Source: Candidatus Saccharimonadota bacterium
Lineage (GTDB): Archaea > Nanohalarchaeota > Nanosalinia > Nanosalinales > Nanosalinaceae
NCBI RefSeq assembly: GCF_029232205.1
Contig: NZ_CP107255.1
Span: 840,001-872,000 of the forward strand
Reading direction: 5' to 3'
Length of the DNA stretch: 32,000 nt
Below the pieces are notes generated by a model that saw only the letters and a list, made by a program, of their open reading frames with translations, made no database searches and was not told the origin of the DNA. Below are positions 9,301 through 17,894 of the stretch, one piece after another. The stretch's first letter is position 1; the number at the start of each line of letters is the position of its first letter. A program made the translations under genes and the position numbers.

Positions 9301-10421
9301 ATCAGAAAATGACAGAACTTAACTGGAAAGAACGAGCACAGGAGCTTCCTCCAAGACTGCAGAGCATGGAGCTCACTGACGACGAACACGAGAAAATCAA
9401 GGAAAGATATGAAGATATGCAGTACGAGCCAGGAGAAGCAATAGGTATCGTGGCTGCACAGTCACTCTCCGAGCCAGCAACACAGCTGACTATGGAGACA
9501 TACCACCAGGCAGGAGGAGCACAGGTTAACCTGACAGCAGGACTTCCACGTCTGATCGAGATCGTGGACGCAAGAAGAGAACCTGACACACCATCCATGA
9601 ACGTCTACATCCACGAAGACTACAACAACGAGGAAGACGCAAAGAGAGTAGCAAGAAAACTCAGAGAGATCAAGTTCAACGACCTAGTAAGACAGGACAC
9701 AATCGACATCATGCAGCTCAGAGTCGAATACGAACTCAACGAAGACCTCATGGAAGACTACGACGTGGACAGAGACGACGTCAAGTCAAGAATCAAAGAA
9801 TCCGTCAAGAAAGCCAAAGTAACATACGAAGGCGGAACCCTAGTCCTTGAATCATCAGAAGATGACTACGACCTCAGAGATGTTAAAGATCTCAAAAACG
9901 ATACCGAAGAGGCCCGTATCAAGGGAATCAAAGGTATCGACCAGGTAGTTATCAACCAGGACGATGGAGAATGGCAGCTGCAGACAGCAGGAACCGCTCT
10001 CCGCAAAACCCTCAAAATAAAAGAAGTAGACGAAACCAGAACAATCAGCAACGACCTCTGGGAAGTACTGAGAGTGCTCGGAGTAGAAGCACTTAGATCA
10101 AGAATTATTGAAGAAACCAACCAGACACTCTCCGCCCAGGGTATTGGAGTCGACGACAGACACATCATGCTCCTCGCAGACATGATGACACGCAAAGGAG
10201 ACCTCAAAGGAACCACAAGATACGGAATCGTCGGAGACAAAGAATCCATCCTCGCAAGATCAGTATTCGAGGAAACCAAGAAACACCTCAGAGAAGGAAC
10301 ACTTGGAGGAGAAACCGACGATCTCGAAGGAGTTGTCGAAAACCTGATCGTAGGTCAGCCAGTACCAGTCGGTACAGGCACCGTAGACCTCAAACCTGGT
10401 TTCGGCGGAGACGAGGAATAA
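9297..10421 (+). CDS. rpoA2: DNA-directed RNA polymerase subunit A'' (Rpo1C)
   Basis: GEAIGIVAAQSLSEPATQLTMETYHQAGG (trigger-loop region) and a C-terminal ENLIVGQPVPVGTG. The GTG start overlaps the rpoA' stop (GTGA). An ATG at 9309 is an alternative start. Confidence 0.95.
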   Translation: MNQKMTELNWKERAQELPPRLQSMELTDDEHEKIKERYEDMQYEPGEAIGIVAAQSLSEPATQLTMETYHQAGGAQVNLTAGLPRLIEIVDARREPDTPSMNVYIHEDYNNEEDAKRVARKLREIKFNDLVRQDTIDIMQLRVEYELNEDLMEDYDVDRDDVKSRIKESVKKAKVTYEGGTLVLESSEDDYDLRDVKDLKNDTEEARIKGIKGIDQVVINQDDGEWQLQTAGTALRKTLKIKEVDETRTISNDLWEVLRVLGVEALRSRIIEETNQTLSAQGIGVDDRHIMLLADMMTRKGDLKGTTRYGIVGDKESILARSVFEETKKHLREGTLGGETDDLEGVVENLIVGQPVPVGTGTVDLKPGFGGDEE

Positions 10422-10509
10422 ACCCCTCAAACTCCAATCCCTTTATAAAAACTAGGATTGTTTTAATTACTACAGACATCACGACAAAATATTTTTCTAA
10501 GGAGATAAC

Positions 10510-10932
10510 ATGGCTACAGCAACTTACGACACAGAAATGATCCGCACGATCAACCTCTTTGAATCAATCACCGACGTAGAAGCACGTCACGCGATTATCA
10601 AGGAGGAGGAAGCCTATTTCGTAGTGCCAGAAGGCAAAGCCGGTATGGCAATCGGAAAAGGAGGAAAAGTAGTACAAAAAGTACAGAACCAGCTAGGAAA
10701 AGAAATCAAAATCTACGAATACAGTGACAACCTAGGAAAGTTCATCAACAACCTGGTTCCAACCGACCTCAGAGGAGTAGACATCAAAGAAGAGGACGGA
10801 AAAAAGACAGTAGAGATCGACGTACCAAACGACAAGAAAGGCCGAGTAGTAGGAAAAGACGGCCAGAAGATCGACTCCATCAGAGAAATCCTCGCACGGA
10901 CACACGGAGTCGACGAAGTCAAAGTAGTATAA
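10510..10932 (+). CDS. nusA: Archaeal NusA-like transcription termination/antitermination protein (two KH domains)
   Basis: 140 aa with two KH GxxG motifs (GMAIGKGGKVVQKV and GRVVGKDGQKIDSI). It occupies the conserved position after rpoA''. Its own TATA-like CCCTTTATAAAAAC lies near 10439..10452, and a GGAG sits 5 nt upstream of the ATG. Confidence 0.9.
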   Translation: MATATYDTEMIRTINLFESITDVEARHAIIKEEEAYFVVPEGKAGMAIGKGGKVVQKVQNQLGKEIKIYEYSDNLGKFINNLVPTDLRGVDIKEEDGKKTVEIDVPNDKKGRVVGKDGQKIDSIREILARTHGVDEVKVV

Positions 10933-11026
10933 CCTACAACATATCCCCTCTTTCTACTCTACACAACAAACTTCCTCCAAAAAACCTGGAAACAGGCTTA
11001 AATCCAGCTATACCACAAACACTTCT

Positions 11027-11041
11027 AGGTGGGCCACGATA
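11027..11041 (+). promoter_or_regulatory. Shine-Dalgarno AGGTGG plus in-frame ATA, the putative non-canonical start of the GT2 gene
   Basis: AGGTGG at 11027..11032 lies 6 nt upstream of ATA at 11039..11041. This is the same SD sequence and spacing as at rpoB', rpoA', tuf and rps10. Confidence 0.45.
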
Positions 11042-12133
11042 GATCTAACAGTAGTAATACCAACCTACAACGAGAAAAACAACCTGGAAGAACTCACAAA
11101 GAGACTTTCAGAGGCCCTCCAACAACTTGAATACGAAATTCTAATAGTAGATGACAACAGCCCTGACGGAACATTTCAAGAAGCAGAAAGAATACAGAAA
11201 GAAACAAACAGAAACGTCAAGGCCATTCTAAGAAAGAAAAACCCAGGCCTCGCCAAAAGCGTGGTCAAAGGATTCCAGGAAGCACAAGGCGAAAAAATAG
11301 TAGTAATGGACGCCGACCTCCAGCACCCACCAGAAAAAGTACCGGAACTGGCCTCAAAAATAACGGAAAACACGCCGGTCTCCGTAGCAACAAGATACAA
11401 ACAGGACGGAGGCATAAATGGCTGGACAAAATTCCGTAAAACAGTCAGCAGAGGCGCAATACTTCTATCCAAAATCATAGTACCAGAGGCCCGCAAATCC
11501 TCAGATCCTGTCAGCGGATTCTTCGCAGTCAAAAAAGACAGACTCAAACCAGAAAAACTCTCACCACACGGCTACAAAATACTTCTCGAAGTACTAGCAC
11601 AGATCAGACCAGAAAAAGTAGAGGAAATAGGATACAGATTCGAAGAAAGAGAAAAAGGAGAGAGCAATCTGGGTCTCCAACACTACATAAAGTTCCTGGA
11701 GCATGCAGCGGAATGCCGATTAAAGCACCACGGAGTTGACAGATACGTTGATCCCAGGAAGATCATACGTTTCATGGAGTTCGGCGCAGTAGGAGCATCC
11801 GGCACGCTACTCAACATGCTGATCTTCGCCACAACCCAGTCAAACGGCCTACATTACCTCCTGTCAGGAACACTGGCCTTCGGAGGAGCAGTACAGTGGA
11901 ACTTCTTCTGGAACTGGCTGATCACATTCAACAAACCATCAGAAAACATCAGGGAGAAATACCTCAAGTTCAACTCAGTAAGCATAGGAGGCTTCCTGAT
12001 CTACCAGTCCATACTATTCCTGATGATAGGAGTATTAAACCAGCCAGAACTACCTTCAAACCTCCTGGCAATCATCGGCGGATTCCTCTGGAACTTCACA
12101 GGATCAGAAAAAGTAGCCTTCAGACCTGAATAA
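11039..12133 (+). CDS. GT2 family glycosyltransferase (dolichyl-phosphate hexose synthase-like) fused to a GtrA-like membrane domain
   Basis: The track calls only 11261..12133 (GTG). The same frame is open from 10928 and encodes (I)DLTVVIPTYNEKNNLEELTKRL...YEILIVDDNSPDGT...VVMDADLQHPPE, the complete GT-A core. The C-terminal FGAVGASGTLLNMLIF...WNFFWNW...WNFTGSEKVAF is GtrA-like. The 5' end is uncertain because no ATG/GTG/TTG is in frame. Confidence 0.75.
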   Translation: MDLTVVIPTYNEKNNLEELTKRLSEALQQLEYEILIVDDNSPDGTFQEAERIQKETNRNVKAILRKKNPGLAKSVVKGFQEAQGEKIVVMDADLQHPPEKVPELASKITENTPVSVATRYKQDGGINGWTKFRKTVSRGAILLSKIIVPEARKSSDPVSGFFAVKKDRLKPEKLSPHGYKILLEVLAQIRPEKVEEIGYRFEEREKGESNLGLQHYIKFLEHAAECRLKHHGVDRYVDPRKIIRFMEFGAVGASGTLLNMLIFATTQSNGLHYLLSGTLAFGGAVQWNFFWNWLITFNKPSENIREKYLKFNSVSIGGFLIYQSILFLMIGVLNQPELPSNLLAIIGGFLWNFTGSEKVAFRPE

Positions 12134-12169
12134 TACCTTTTTTACCTGCCCCGAGAAAAACATAGATAC

Positions 12170-13729
12170 ATGGGTCTTGTAGAAAACAAGATAGGAGACG
12201 TCGAAAGATTCGACGAAATAATCAGCATAATGGCGGAACAAGGCCTCGGAGTACTTCTCGACGAACTAGACCTATTCCACCGCGTATCAGTCACACAGAA
12301 ATTCTCACGCGAAAAAGTACCACCACCAGAAAGACTCAGAGAAACATTCGAACAACTAGGCCCCACATTCATCAAGTTCGGCCAGATCATGGCAGAAAGA
12401 CCTGACGTAGTACCAGAAAGATACGTGGAAGAACTAGAAAAACTACAGGACGACGTACCCGGATTCGAATCAGAAAAAGCAAAACAGATAGTAGACGAAG
12501 AAATAGGCCTTGACAAGTTCGAAAACTTCGAAGAAGAACACCTGGCCGCAGCATCAATCGCACAGGTACACCGAGCAACACTAAACTCCGGCGAAGAAGT
12601 AGTAGTCAAGATCAGAAGGCCCGGGATCAAAGACCAGATAGAAAGAGATCTCGAAATAATAGAATTCCTAGCCAAAAGAGGAATCAAAAGATCAGATTAC
12701 CTATCCGATGTACAACTTCTCAACGCAGTAAAAGAATTCGCAAGATGGACCCGACAGGAACTCAACCTTAAACGAGAGGCCCGTAACGGAGAACTACTGG
12801 CAGAAAACCTCTCCGACGAAGAAAACATCAAAATACCGGAGATCTACGCAGAAATGACCACGCAGAAAGTAATGGTCATGGAGTACGTCGACGGCATCAA
12901 AAGCAGCAAGACAGAGAAACTCCGGGAAATGGACATAGACAACAAAAAACTGGCGGAAACAGCAATCCGCTCCAGCCTCAAACAAATACTCAGAGACGGC
13001 TTCTTCCACGCAGACCCACACCCCTCAAACTTCCTGGTAAGAGAAGACGGCACACTCATCATGATCGACTTCGGAATGATGGGCAACCTAACCAAGGACA
13101 CGAGAGAAAACATGGCCCTAATGATACTGCACTCTCTCAGAGAGGATGTGGACAAGGCCTTCGACGATCTCAAACGAATGGGGCACGTTCAGAGCGACGC
13201 CGACGAGCAAGCACTGAAGGCCGAACTAGAAGAAAAAATACTGCTAATACAGAACGCCAACCTCGAAGAAGTCAGCTTCACAGGCCAATTCCTCGACATG
13301 ACCATCCAGGCCTCACGCCACGGAGTAATAATGCCACAATCCCTCGTCCTCATGGGCAAAAGCATGGTCACCATGGAGGGAATCGGAATGGCCGTATACC
13401 CAGAATACGAGATCAACGACCAGTTCAAAAAGACCATCAAAGAAATACTGAGAGACGACTTCAAACCAGAAAAACTGATGAAGGAACTCTCACTCGACCT
13501 GGTAGAAAACAAAGACCTCATCACAGAACTACCATCCAAACTCAACGAACTCACAGAAAAAGAAGACACAGAAGTCAAAGTAGTCAACGAGGGCGGCGAC
13601 AACAGAACACTGGAAGCAGGCCTCATCATCTCATCAGCTTTTCTAGTCACTCAAGGCCAGAAAGAACTCATCGCACTAGGCGCACTCGAAATGGCCTTCG
13701 CAGCATATCTCTTCAACAAAAACAATTAG
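12170..13729 (+). CDS. ABC1/UbiB (AarF) family atypical protein kinase
   Basis: FIKFGQIMAERPDVVPERYVEELEKLQDDVP, AAASIAQVHRATL..GEEVVVKIRRPGI, HADPHPSNFLV and IDFGMMG are ABC1-family signatures. The C-terminus is hydrophobic. TATA-like CCTTTTTTACC lies about 25 nt upstream. Confidence 0.85.
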   Translation: MGLVENKIGDVERFDEIISIMAEQGLGVLLDELDLFHRVSVTQKFSREKVPPPERLRETFEQLGPTFIKFGQIMAERPDVVPERYVEELEKLQDDVPGFESEKAKQIVDEEIGLDKFENFEEEHLAAASIAQVHRATLNSGEEVVVKIRRPGIKDQIERDLEIIEFLAKRGIKRSDYLSDVQLLNAVKEFARWTRQELNLKREARNGELLAENLSDEENIKIPEIYAEMTTQKVMVMEYVDGIKSSKTEKLREMDIDNKKLAETAIRSSLKQILRDGFFHADPHPSNFLVREDGTLIMIDFGMMGNLTKDTRENMALMILHSLREDVDKAFDDLKRMGHVQSDADEQALKAELEEKILLIQNANLEEVSFTGQFLDMTIQASRHGVIMPQSLVLMGKSMVTMEGIGMAVYPEYEINDQFKKTIKEILRDDFKPEKLMKELSLDLVENKDLITELPSKLNELTEKEDTEVKVVNEGGDNRTLEAGLIISSAFLVTQGQKELIALGALEMAFAAYLFNKNN

Positions 13730-13774
13730 AAAAAATTTTTACTGTTCTACAGGACTAAAACCAGGCCTGATTTT

Positions 13775-13796
13775 GCCCACGGTATAAAAAGTTTAG
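13775..13796 (+). promoter_or_regulatory. Putative promoter of rps12-rps7 (GCCCACGGTATAAAAAGTTTAG)
   Basis: Near-identical to the rpoH upstream element. The TATA-like box is centred about 26 nt upstream of the rps12 ATG. Confidence 0.55.
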
Positions 13797-13812
13797 TGCC
13801 GGGATATAGGAT

Positions 13813-14235
13813 ATGGGTTTATACAACGCACGGAAGATGCGGAAAAAGAGACAGCAGTACCGCTGGAGCGACAAAGACTACAAGAGAAGAATGCTGAATC
13901 TAAAAGAAAAAGCAGATCCACTAGAAGGATCACCTCAAGGAAGAGGAATTGTACTAGAAAAACGTATTATCGAGGCAAAGCAGCCTAACTCCGCACTACG
14001 TAAATGTGTCCGTGTGCAGCTACTTAAAAACGGAAAACAGTTGACAGCTTTCGTTCCAGGAGACGGAGCGATCGATCACATCGACGAGCACGACGAAGTA
14101 CTAATCGAAGGAATCGGAGGAGCAGACTCCGGACCTAAGGGAGACATCCCAACAGTAAGATACAAAGTCATCAAAGTAAACGGCGTAAGCCTCAAAGAAC
14201 TCGTCGCAGGAAACAAACAGAAACCAACACGGTGA
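13813..14235 (+). CDS. rps12: 30S ribosomal protein S12 (uS12)
   Basis: [30 protein letters not shown] and [16 protein letters not shown]. It holds the conserved position before S7. Confidence 0.95.
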   Translation: MGLYNARKMRKKRQQYRWSDKDYKRRMLNLKEKADPLEGSPQGRGIVLEKRIIEAKQPNSALRKCVRVQLLKNGKQLTAFVPGDGAIDHIDEHDEVLIEGIGGADSGPKGDIPTVRYKVIKVNGVSLKELVAGNKQKPTR

Positions 14236-14241
14236 TAAAAA

Positions 14242-14868
14242 ATGACAGACGCAGCAACACTAGACCTAGACGACGAACTCAAGACCTTCGGACGATGGGA
14301 CGCATCCGAAGCAGAAATCTCAGACGAAGGCCTTGTAAGATACATCAGCCTAGAAAACATTCTCGCACCAAGATCCAAAGGAAGACACAGCGAGAAACAG
14401 TTCTACAAGGCAGACGTACCAATCGCAGAAAGACTACTAAACCACATGTACGTCGCAGGCCACAGAGGAAAGAAACACTACATCACCTCAGGCCGCAACA
14501 TCGGAAAGAGCGAAAAACTCTGGACAATCATCGAAGACGCATTCGAACAGATCGAAGAAGAAACCGGAGAAAATCCTTTCCAGGTACTGGTAGACGCAAT
14601 CGAAAACAGCGCACCAGTAGAAGAAGTAGTAACATACCAGAGAGGAGGAGTACGAGCACGCAAAGCAGTACTAGTCTCCCCACAGAGAAGAGTAGACCTC
14701 GCACTCAGACTACTCGCACAAGGCTCCTACGAAAACAGACTCGCATCCTCAGAAGACGCAGTCGAAACACTGGCCCAGGAAATCATCAAGGCCGCAAACG
14801 GAGCAGACGACGTAAGAGCAGTCAGAGAGAAAGAAAGAAGAGAAAGAGAAGCAGAAGGCGCCCGATAG
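14242..14868 (+). CDS. rps7: 30S ribosomal protein S7 (uS7)
   Basis: 208 aa. KTFGRWDASEAEISDEGLVRYISL, VVTYQRGGVRARKAV and the C-terminal AVREKERREREAEGAR are typical archaeal S7. Confidence 0.95.
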   Translation: MTDAATLDLDDELKTFGRWDASEAEISDEGLVRYISLENILAPRSKGRHSEKQFYKADVPIAERLLNHMYVAGHRGKKHYITSGRNIGKSEKLWTIIEDAFEQIEEETGENPFQVLVDAIENSAPVEEVVTYQRGGVRARKAVLVSPQRRVDLALRLLAQGSYENRLASSEDAVETLAQEIIKAANGADDVRAVREKERREREAEGAR

Positions 14869-14880
14869 GCCCTTCCCGCC

Positions 14881-14890
14881 CTCTTTTTCC
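14881..14890 (+). terminator. Oligo-T tract downstream of rps7
   Basis: CTCTTTTTCC with a T5 run at 14884..14888, which is archaeal oligo(T)-type terminator context. Confidence 0.35.
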
Positions 14891-15036
14891 ACCTATATTT
14901 CCTTCTCAATTTTCCAACCTAATTTCCAGCCAACTTCTTCCAGATTCAATCTCAACTTCCAACACACCTCTTTCTAGACGCCAACCTATCAGAAAAAGAG
15001 AAATATTTTTACTAGAAAAGCCAAAAACTAGCACAA

Positions 15037-15618
15037 ATGACACAGAACAACATAACAAATTCAAAAACAGTTCTCTACACATTCTTACTGGTTCTAGGAA
15101 TTCTAATAGGTCTCTCAGCCAGCTTTTTCCCAACACAACCTTCAGAACCAGACAGGCCTGTAGCAAGTCAGGAAAGAATCTGGCAGGAACAAATCTGGAA
15201 CACATCATACCTACGCCAGAACTCAGATATAGTTGTGAAAGGAACAGTTACCGAGGTTCACGAAGCAAGATGGAACACTGAAGATGGCAAAAGGCCCAAA
15301 GAGATCACAGAACACGAAATATTCCACACAGCAGACATCAAAGTTGAAAATACTCTAATGGGCGATACAAAAGACCAGATAACATTGAGAATTAGTGGAG
15401 GAACTGTTGGAAACCTAAGTATGAACGCAGAAGATGCACCTACTCTCGTAGAAGGAGATCAGGCCATCTTCTTCATTGAGAAAGAAGACAACCACTACGA
15501 ACTATTCGGCGCGGCCCACGGAGTATTCTACCTCTCAGGAGACAAGGCCGTAAGAAGAAAAGCACCAGCCAAATATAGAAGTGTGAACCTTGACCAGCTA
15601 AGAGACTCCATTAAATAA
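15037..15618 (+). CDS. Hypothetical protein with N-terminal membrane anchor or signal sequence
   Basis: 193 aa. The N-terminal hydrophobic helix VLYTFLLVLGILIGLSASFF is followed by a soluble, apparently beta-rich domain. TATA-like ATATTTTTACTAG at 15003..15015 lies about 25 nt upstream of the ATG. Confidence 0.6.
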   Translation: MTQNNITNSKTVLYTFLLVLGILIGLSASFFPTQPSEPDRPVASQERIWQEQIWNTSYLRQNSDIVVKGTVTEVHEARWNTEDGKRPKEITEHEIFHTADIKVENTLMGDTKDQITLRISGGTVGNLSMNAEDAPTLVEGDQAIFFIEKEDNHYELFGAAHGVFYLSGDKAVRRKAPAKYRSVNLDQLRDSIK

Positions 15619-15705
15619 GAGAACAATAATTTTTCTTCTTTTTCTTTTCCCCAGATACCTATCCAACGACCTTTAAACACGTCCCAGAGCATATTTTTAC
15701 TGTAA

Positions 15706-16836
15706 ATGTTTCTGGATAAAGAGATCAACGACATCTACCTGTACGAAGTCCTCAGAACATTTGGAATGGACCTGATAGGCCTTTTCATACCCATATACAT
15801 AATATCTCAGGGGTTCGGATTTGAGTACGCACTTGGATTCCTGATGATCGAACAGTTAACAGGCATCGTTCTTTCACTTCCTGTGTCCCACATAATCGCA
15901 AGGATAGGATTCAAACACAGCCTGGCCCTCTCATACATCTTTCTGCTGCCAGCACTGCTGCTGATAAGATCCACACCGTTAACCTTGACAGTTATAGCAG
16001 GATCATCAATCATCTACGGGATCGGAAAAACTCTGCACAGCGTATCCATAGACTCAGAGTTCGCAGTAGACTCCCACTCCAAGAAGAGAGATTCAGAATC
16101 AAGTAAAATGCTAGGCCTGCCAAACATCTCCAGGATACTGGCCCCAGTCACAGGAGGAGTGATACTGAACCAGTTAGGATTCAGCTTCCTGGTATCCACA
16201 AGCATAGCCTTCTTCCTGCTATCAGCAGTCGTACTCTTCAGATCAGAGGATCACAGAGATCCTCTTGACTATGACATCAAAGACGTAGTAAAACAGAACT
16301 ATGCCAAGACATTTCCTGTCTTTTTCTTCCGAGGGATACTGAACTCAGCCGCAGTCACAGCCTTCGCACTGTTTACATTCTTCTTCATCGGGAGCGAGAT
16401 CGACGCAGGCGCAGTAGCCGCGATAGACAACATAGGCCTTCTGGCAGTAGCTCTTATCTCCGGTAAGCTATCACAGAGATTTGGAAGAGCGAAGATAATT
16501 ACTGCAGGCCTTCTCAGCTCATCCGCAATACACTTCCTGAGAACCATAGTCAGCACACCGGCACAGGCCCTCGCAGTATCAGGTATCGGCGGCGTCGTCT
16601 TCATGATGTACGAGGTACCGCTTTTCTCAGACTTTGCAGACGTCGCGGAAGACGAAGACGTACTTGAATTCTACACGGTAAAACGCATAATATTCAAAGC
16701 AGGGCAGATCACTACCATCGGCCTCATCACCGGCATAGGCCTGCACTCAGGACTGAAACAAGGATTCCAGGCAGCATTCATACTCGCAGGCCTGGTCTCA
16801 GCCTCAAGCATCTTATGGACTAGAAAAGACTGGTAA
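15706..16836 (+). CDS. Multi-pass membrane transporter, MFS-like
   Basis: 376 aa with roughly 10-12 hydrophobic segments in two halves separated by a charged loop (DSHSKKRDSESSKM). The start is uncertain: TATA-like ATATTTTTACTG lies only about 10 nt upstream, and an ATG at 15766 is an alternative. Confidence 0.6.
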   Translation: MFLDKEINDIYLYEVLRTFGMDLIGLFIPIYIISQGFGFEYALGFLMIEQLTGIVLSLPVSHIIARIGFKHSLALSYIFLLPALLLIRSTPLTLTVIAGSSIIYGIGKTLHSVSIDSEFAVDSHSKKRDSESSKMLGLPNISRILAPVTGGVILNQLGFSFLVSTSIAFFLLSAVVLFRSEDHRDPLDYDIKDVVKQNYAKTFPVFFFRGILNSAAVTAFALFTFFFIGSEIDAGAVAAIDNIGLLAVALISGKLSQRFGRAKIITAGLLSSSAIHFLRTIVSTPAQALAVSGIGGVVFMMYEVPLFSDFADVAEDEDVLEFYTVKRIIFKAGQITTIGLITGIGLHSGLKQGFQAAFILAGLVSASSILWTRKDW

Positions 16837-16837
16837 T

Positions 16838-17188
16838 TTGTCCATTCTGTTTTTCACTTTGCACTACCACAAGGTTATTGTGAGAGATCAAAAACAGCGT
16901 TTCTGCCCGAACTGCGGATCCAATAACGTAGAGTTCGACATGAGCCACACCAACCAGTTAGGAGAGGCCATCGCTAATCCAAACAAGTGGAAATGCAACG
17001 AGTGCAACTACAGAGGACCTATGCCAGCGGGAGATCCAGAAAAACAGAAGGAAATGGACATAGAATTCGAACCAGCAGAACAGGAAGAAATAGATACTGA
17101 CTTCGGAAAGGCCGAACTCAAAGTACTGCTCTACATAACCATACCTGTAACGATCCTGGCCGCAGTATACTTCCTACTGATCCAGTGA
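16838..17188 (+). CDS. Zinc-ribbon protein with C-terminal transmembrane anchor
   Basis: CPNCG...(32 aa)...CNECN four-Cys ribbon, then an acidic linker and the C-terminal helix LLYITIPVTILAAVYFLLI. The TTG start sits 1 nt after the transporter stop. An in-frame GTG at 16880 is an alternative start. Confidence 0.5.
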   Translation: MSILFFTLHYHKVIVRDQKQRFCPNCGSNNVEFDMSHTNQLGEAIANPNKWKCNECNYRGPMPAGDPEKQKEMDIEFEPAEQEEIDTDFGKAELKVLLYITIPVTILAAVYFLLIQ

Positions 17189-17803
17189 ACCTTTCACATC
17201 TGAAATACTTTCCACATCACGGCCGATAATCACATCTTCAAGGCCTTCACGCTGCGCCGCAACATCATCAGCCTCCGAATCACCGACAAACAATGGATTC
17301 TCACAGTGAAGCTCTGCCAATGCATAATCAACATGAACAGGATCAGGCTTCCTCCGAGAAAGATCCTCAAACGTAGTGATACCTCGGAAATAATGCAGAT
17401 ACTTCTTTAGACCAAACTCTTCTACTACAAGATCAACAGTCAAATCAGGAGAATTACTGATAATAGAGGCCTTAACATCTTGAGAGTGAATAAACTCAAG
17501 AACATCACGAGCACCATCCTTCAACTCGAGACGGCCTGACTCAATTAACTCTTTCTTACCTTTCATCCTCTCCTTCTCAACAACAGGCCACAGCTTTTCA
17601 GGGTCAGCTCCTATCTCTTTACAGGCCTCAGCAAATTTCTCGTCACCTCTAACACCGGTGAGATCAAAAATTCCGTCTTCAGGAACTTCAAATCCTTCCT
17701 CATCCAGAGCTCTGGCTACGGCCTCTTTCATCCATGAAAGATCACCTGAGGTAGACTGAAGAAGAGTTCCATCAAGATCAAAGATTACTGCATCGTACTT
17801 CAT
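17174..17803 (-). CDS. HAD superfamily hydrolase (phosphoglycolate phosphatase-like)
   Basis: MKYDAVIFDLDGTLL (motif I DxDGT), IISNS (motif II) and FVGDSEADDVAA (motif IV). Confidence 0.85.
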   Translation of the reverse strand: MKYDAVIFDLDGTLLQSTSGDLSWMKEAVARALDEEGFEVPEDGIFDLTGVRGDEKFAEACKEIGADPEKLWPVVEKERMKGKKELIESGRLELKDGARDVLEFIHSQDVKASIISNSPDLTVDLVVEEFGLKKYLHYFRGITTFEDLSRRKPDPVHVDYALAELHCENPLFVGDSEADDVAAQREGLEDVIIGRDVESISDVKGSLDQ

Positions 17804-17894
17804 ACAGGAAACTGGCCTTTACATGAATAAATTGGCTTCCCCAACCCTGCTGAACTATCATGCTTTTTAACCAATCAAGGACATATCCCTCTTA

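Noticed and set aside
3727-10279. Many 60-230 aa antisense ORFs (Ser/Leu/Pro/Phe-rich) across the rpo genes, and likewise across EF-2, EF-1alpha and the ABC1 kinase
   Set aside because: They are mirror images of A-rich, T-poor coding strands. The antisense strand is A-poor, so TAA/TAG/TGA are rare. The products are low-complexity, have no start context, and each lies fully inside a strongly supported conserved gene.
14232-15281. 349-aa extremely Arg/Lys/Thr-rich ORF overlapping all of rps7 in another frame and running into the next gene
   Set aside because: The sense strands here are very T-poor and rich in GAA/AAG/AGA, so the alternative + frames rarely contain stop codons and translate to RRK/T/S-rich low-complexity strings. 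The S7 frame is unambiguously the conserved one. The same explanation covers 19742..19963 and 19964..20374 inside aEF-2, 3822..4091 and 4501..4758 inside rpoB'', 11896..12129 and 24532..25020.
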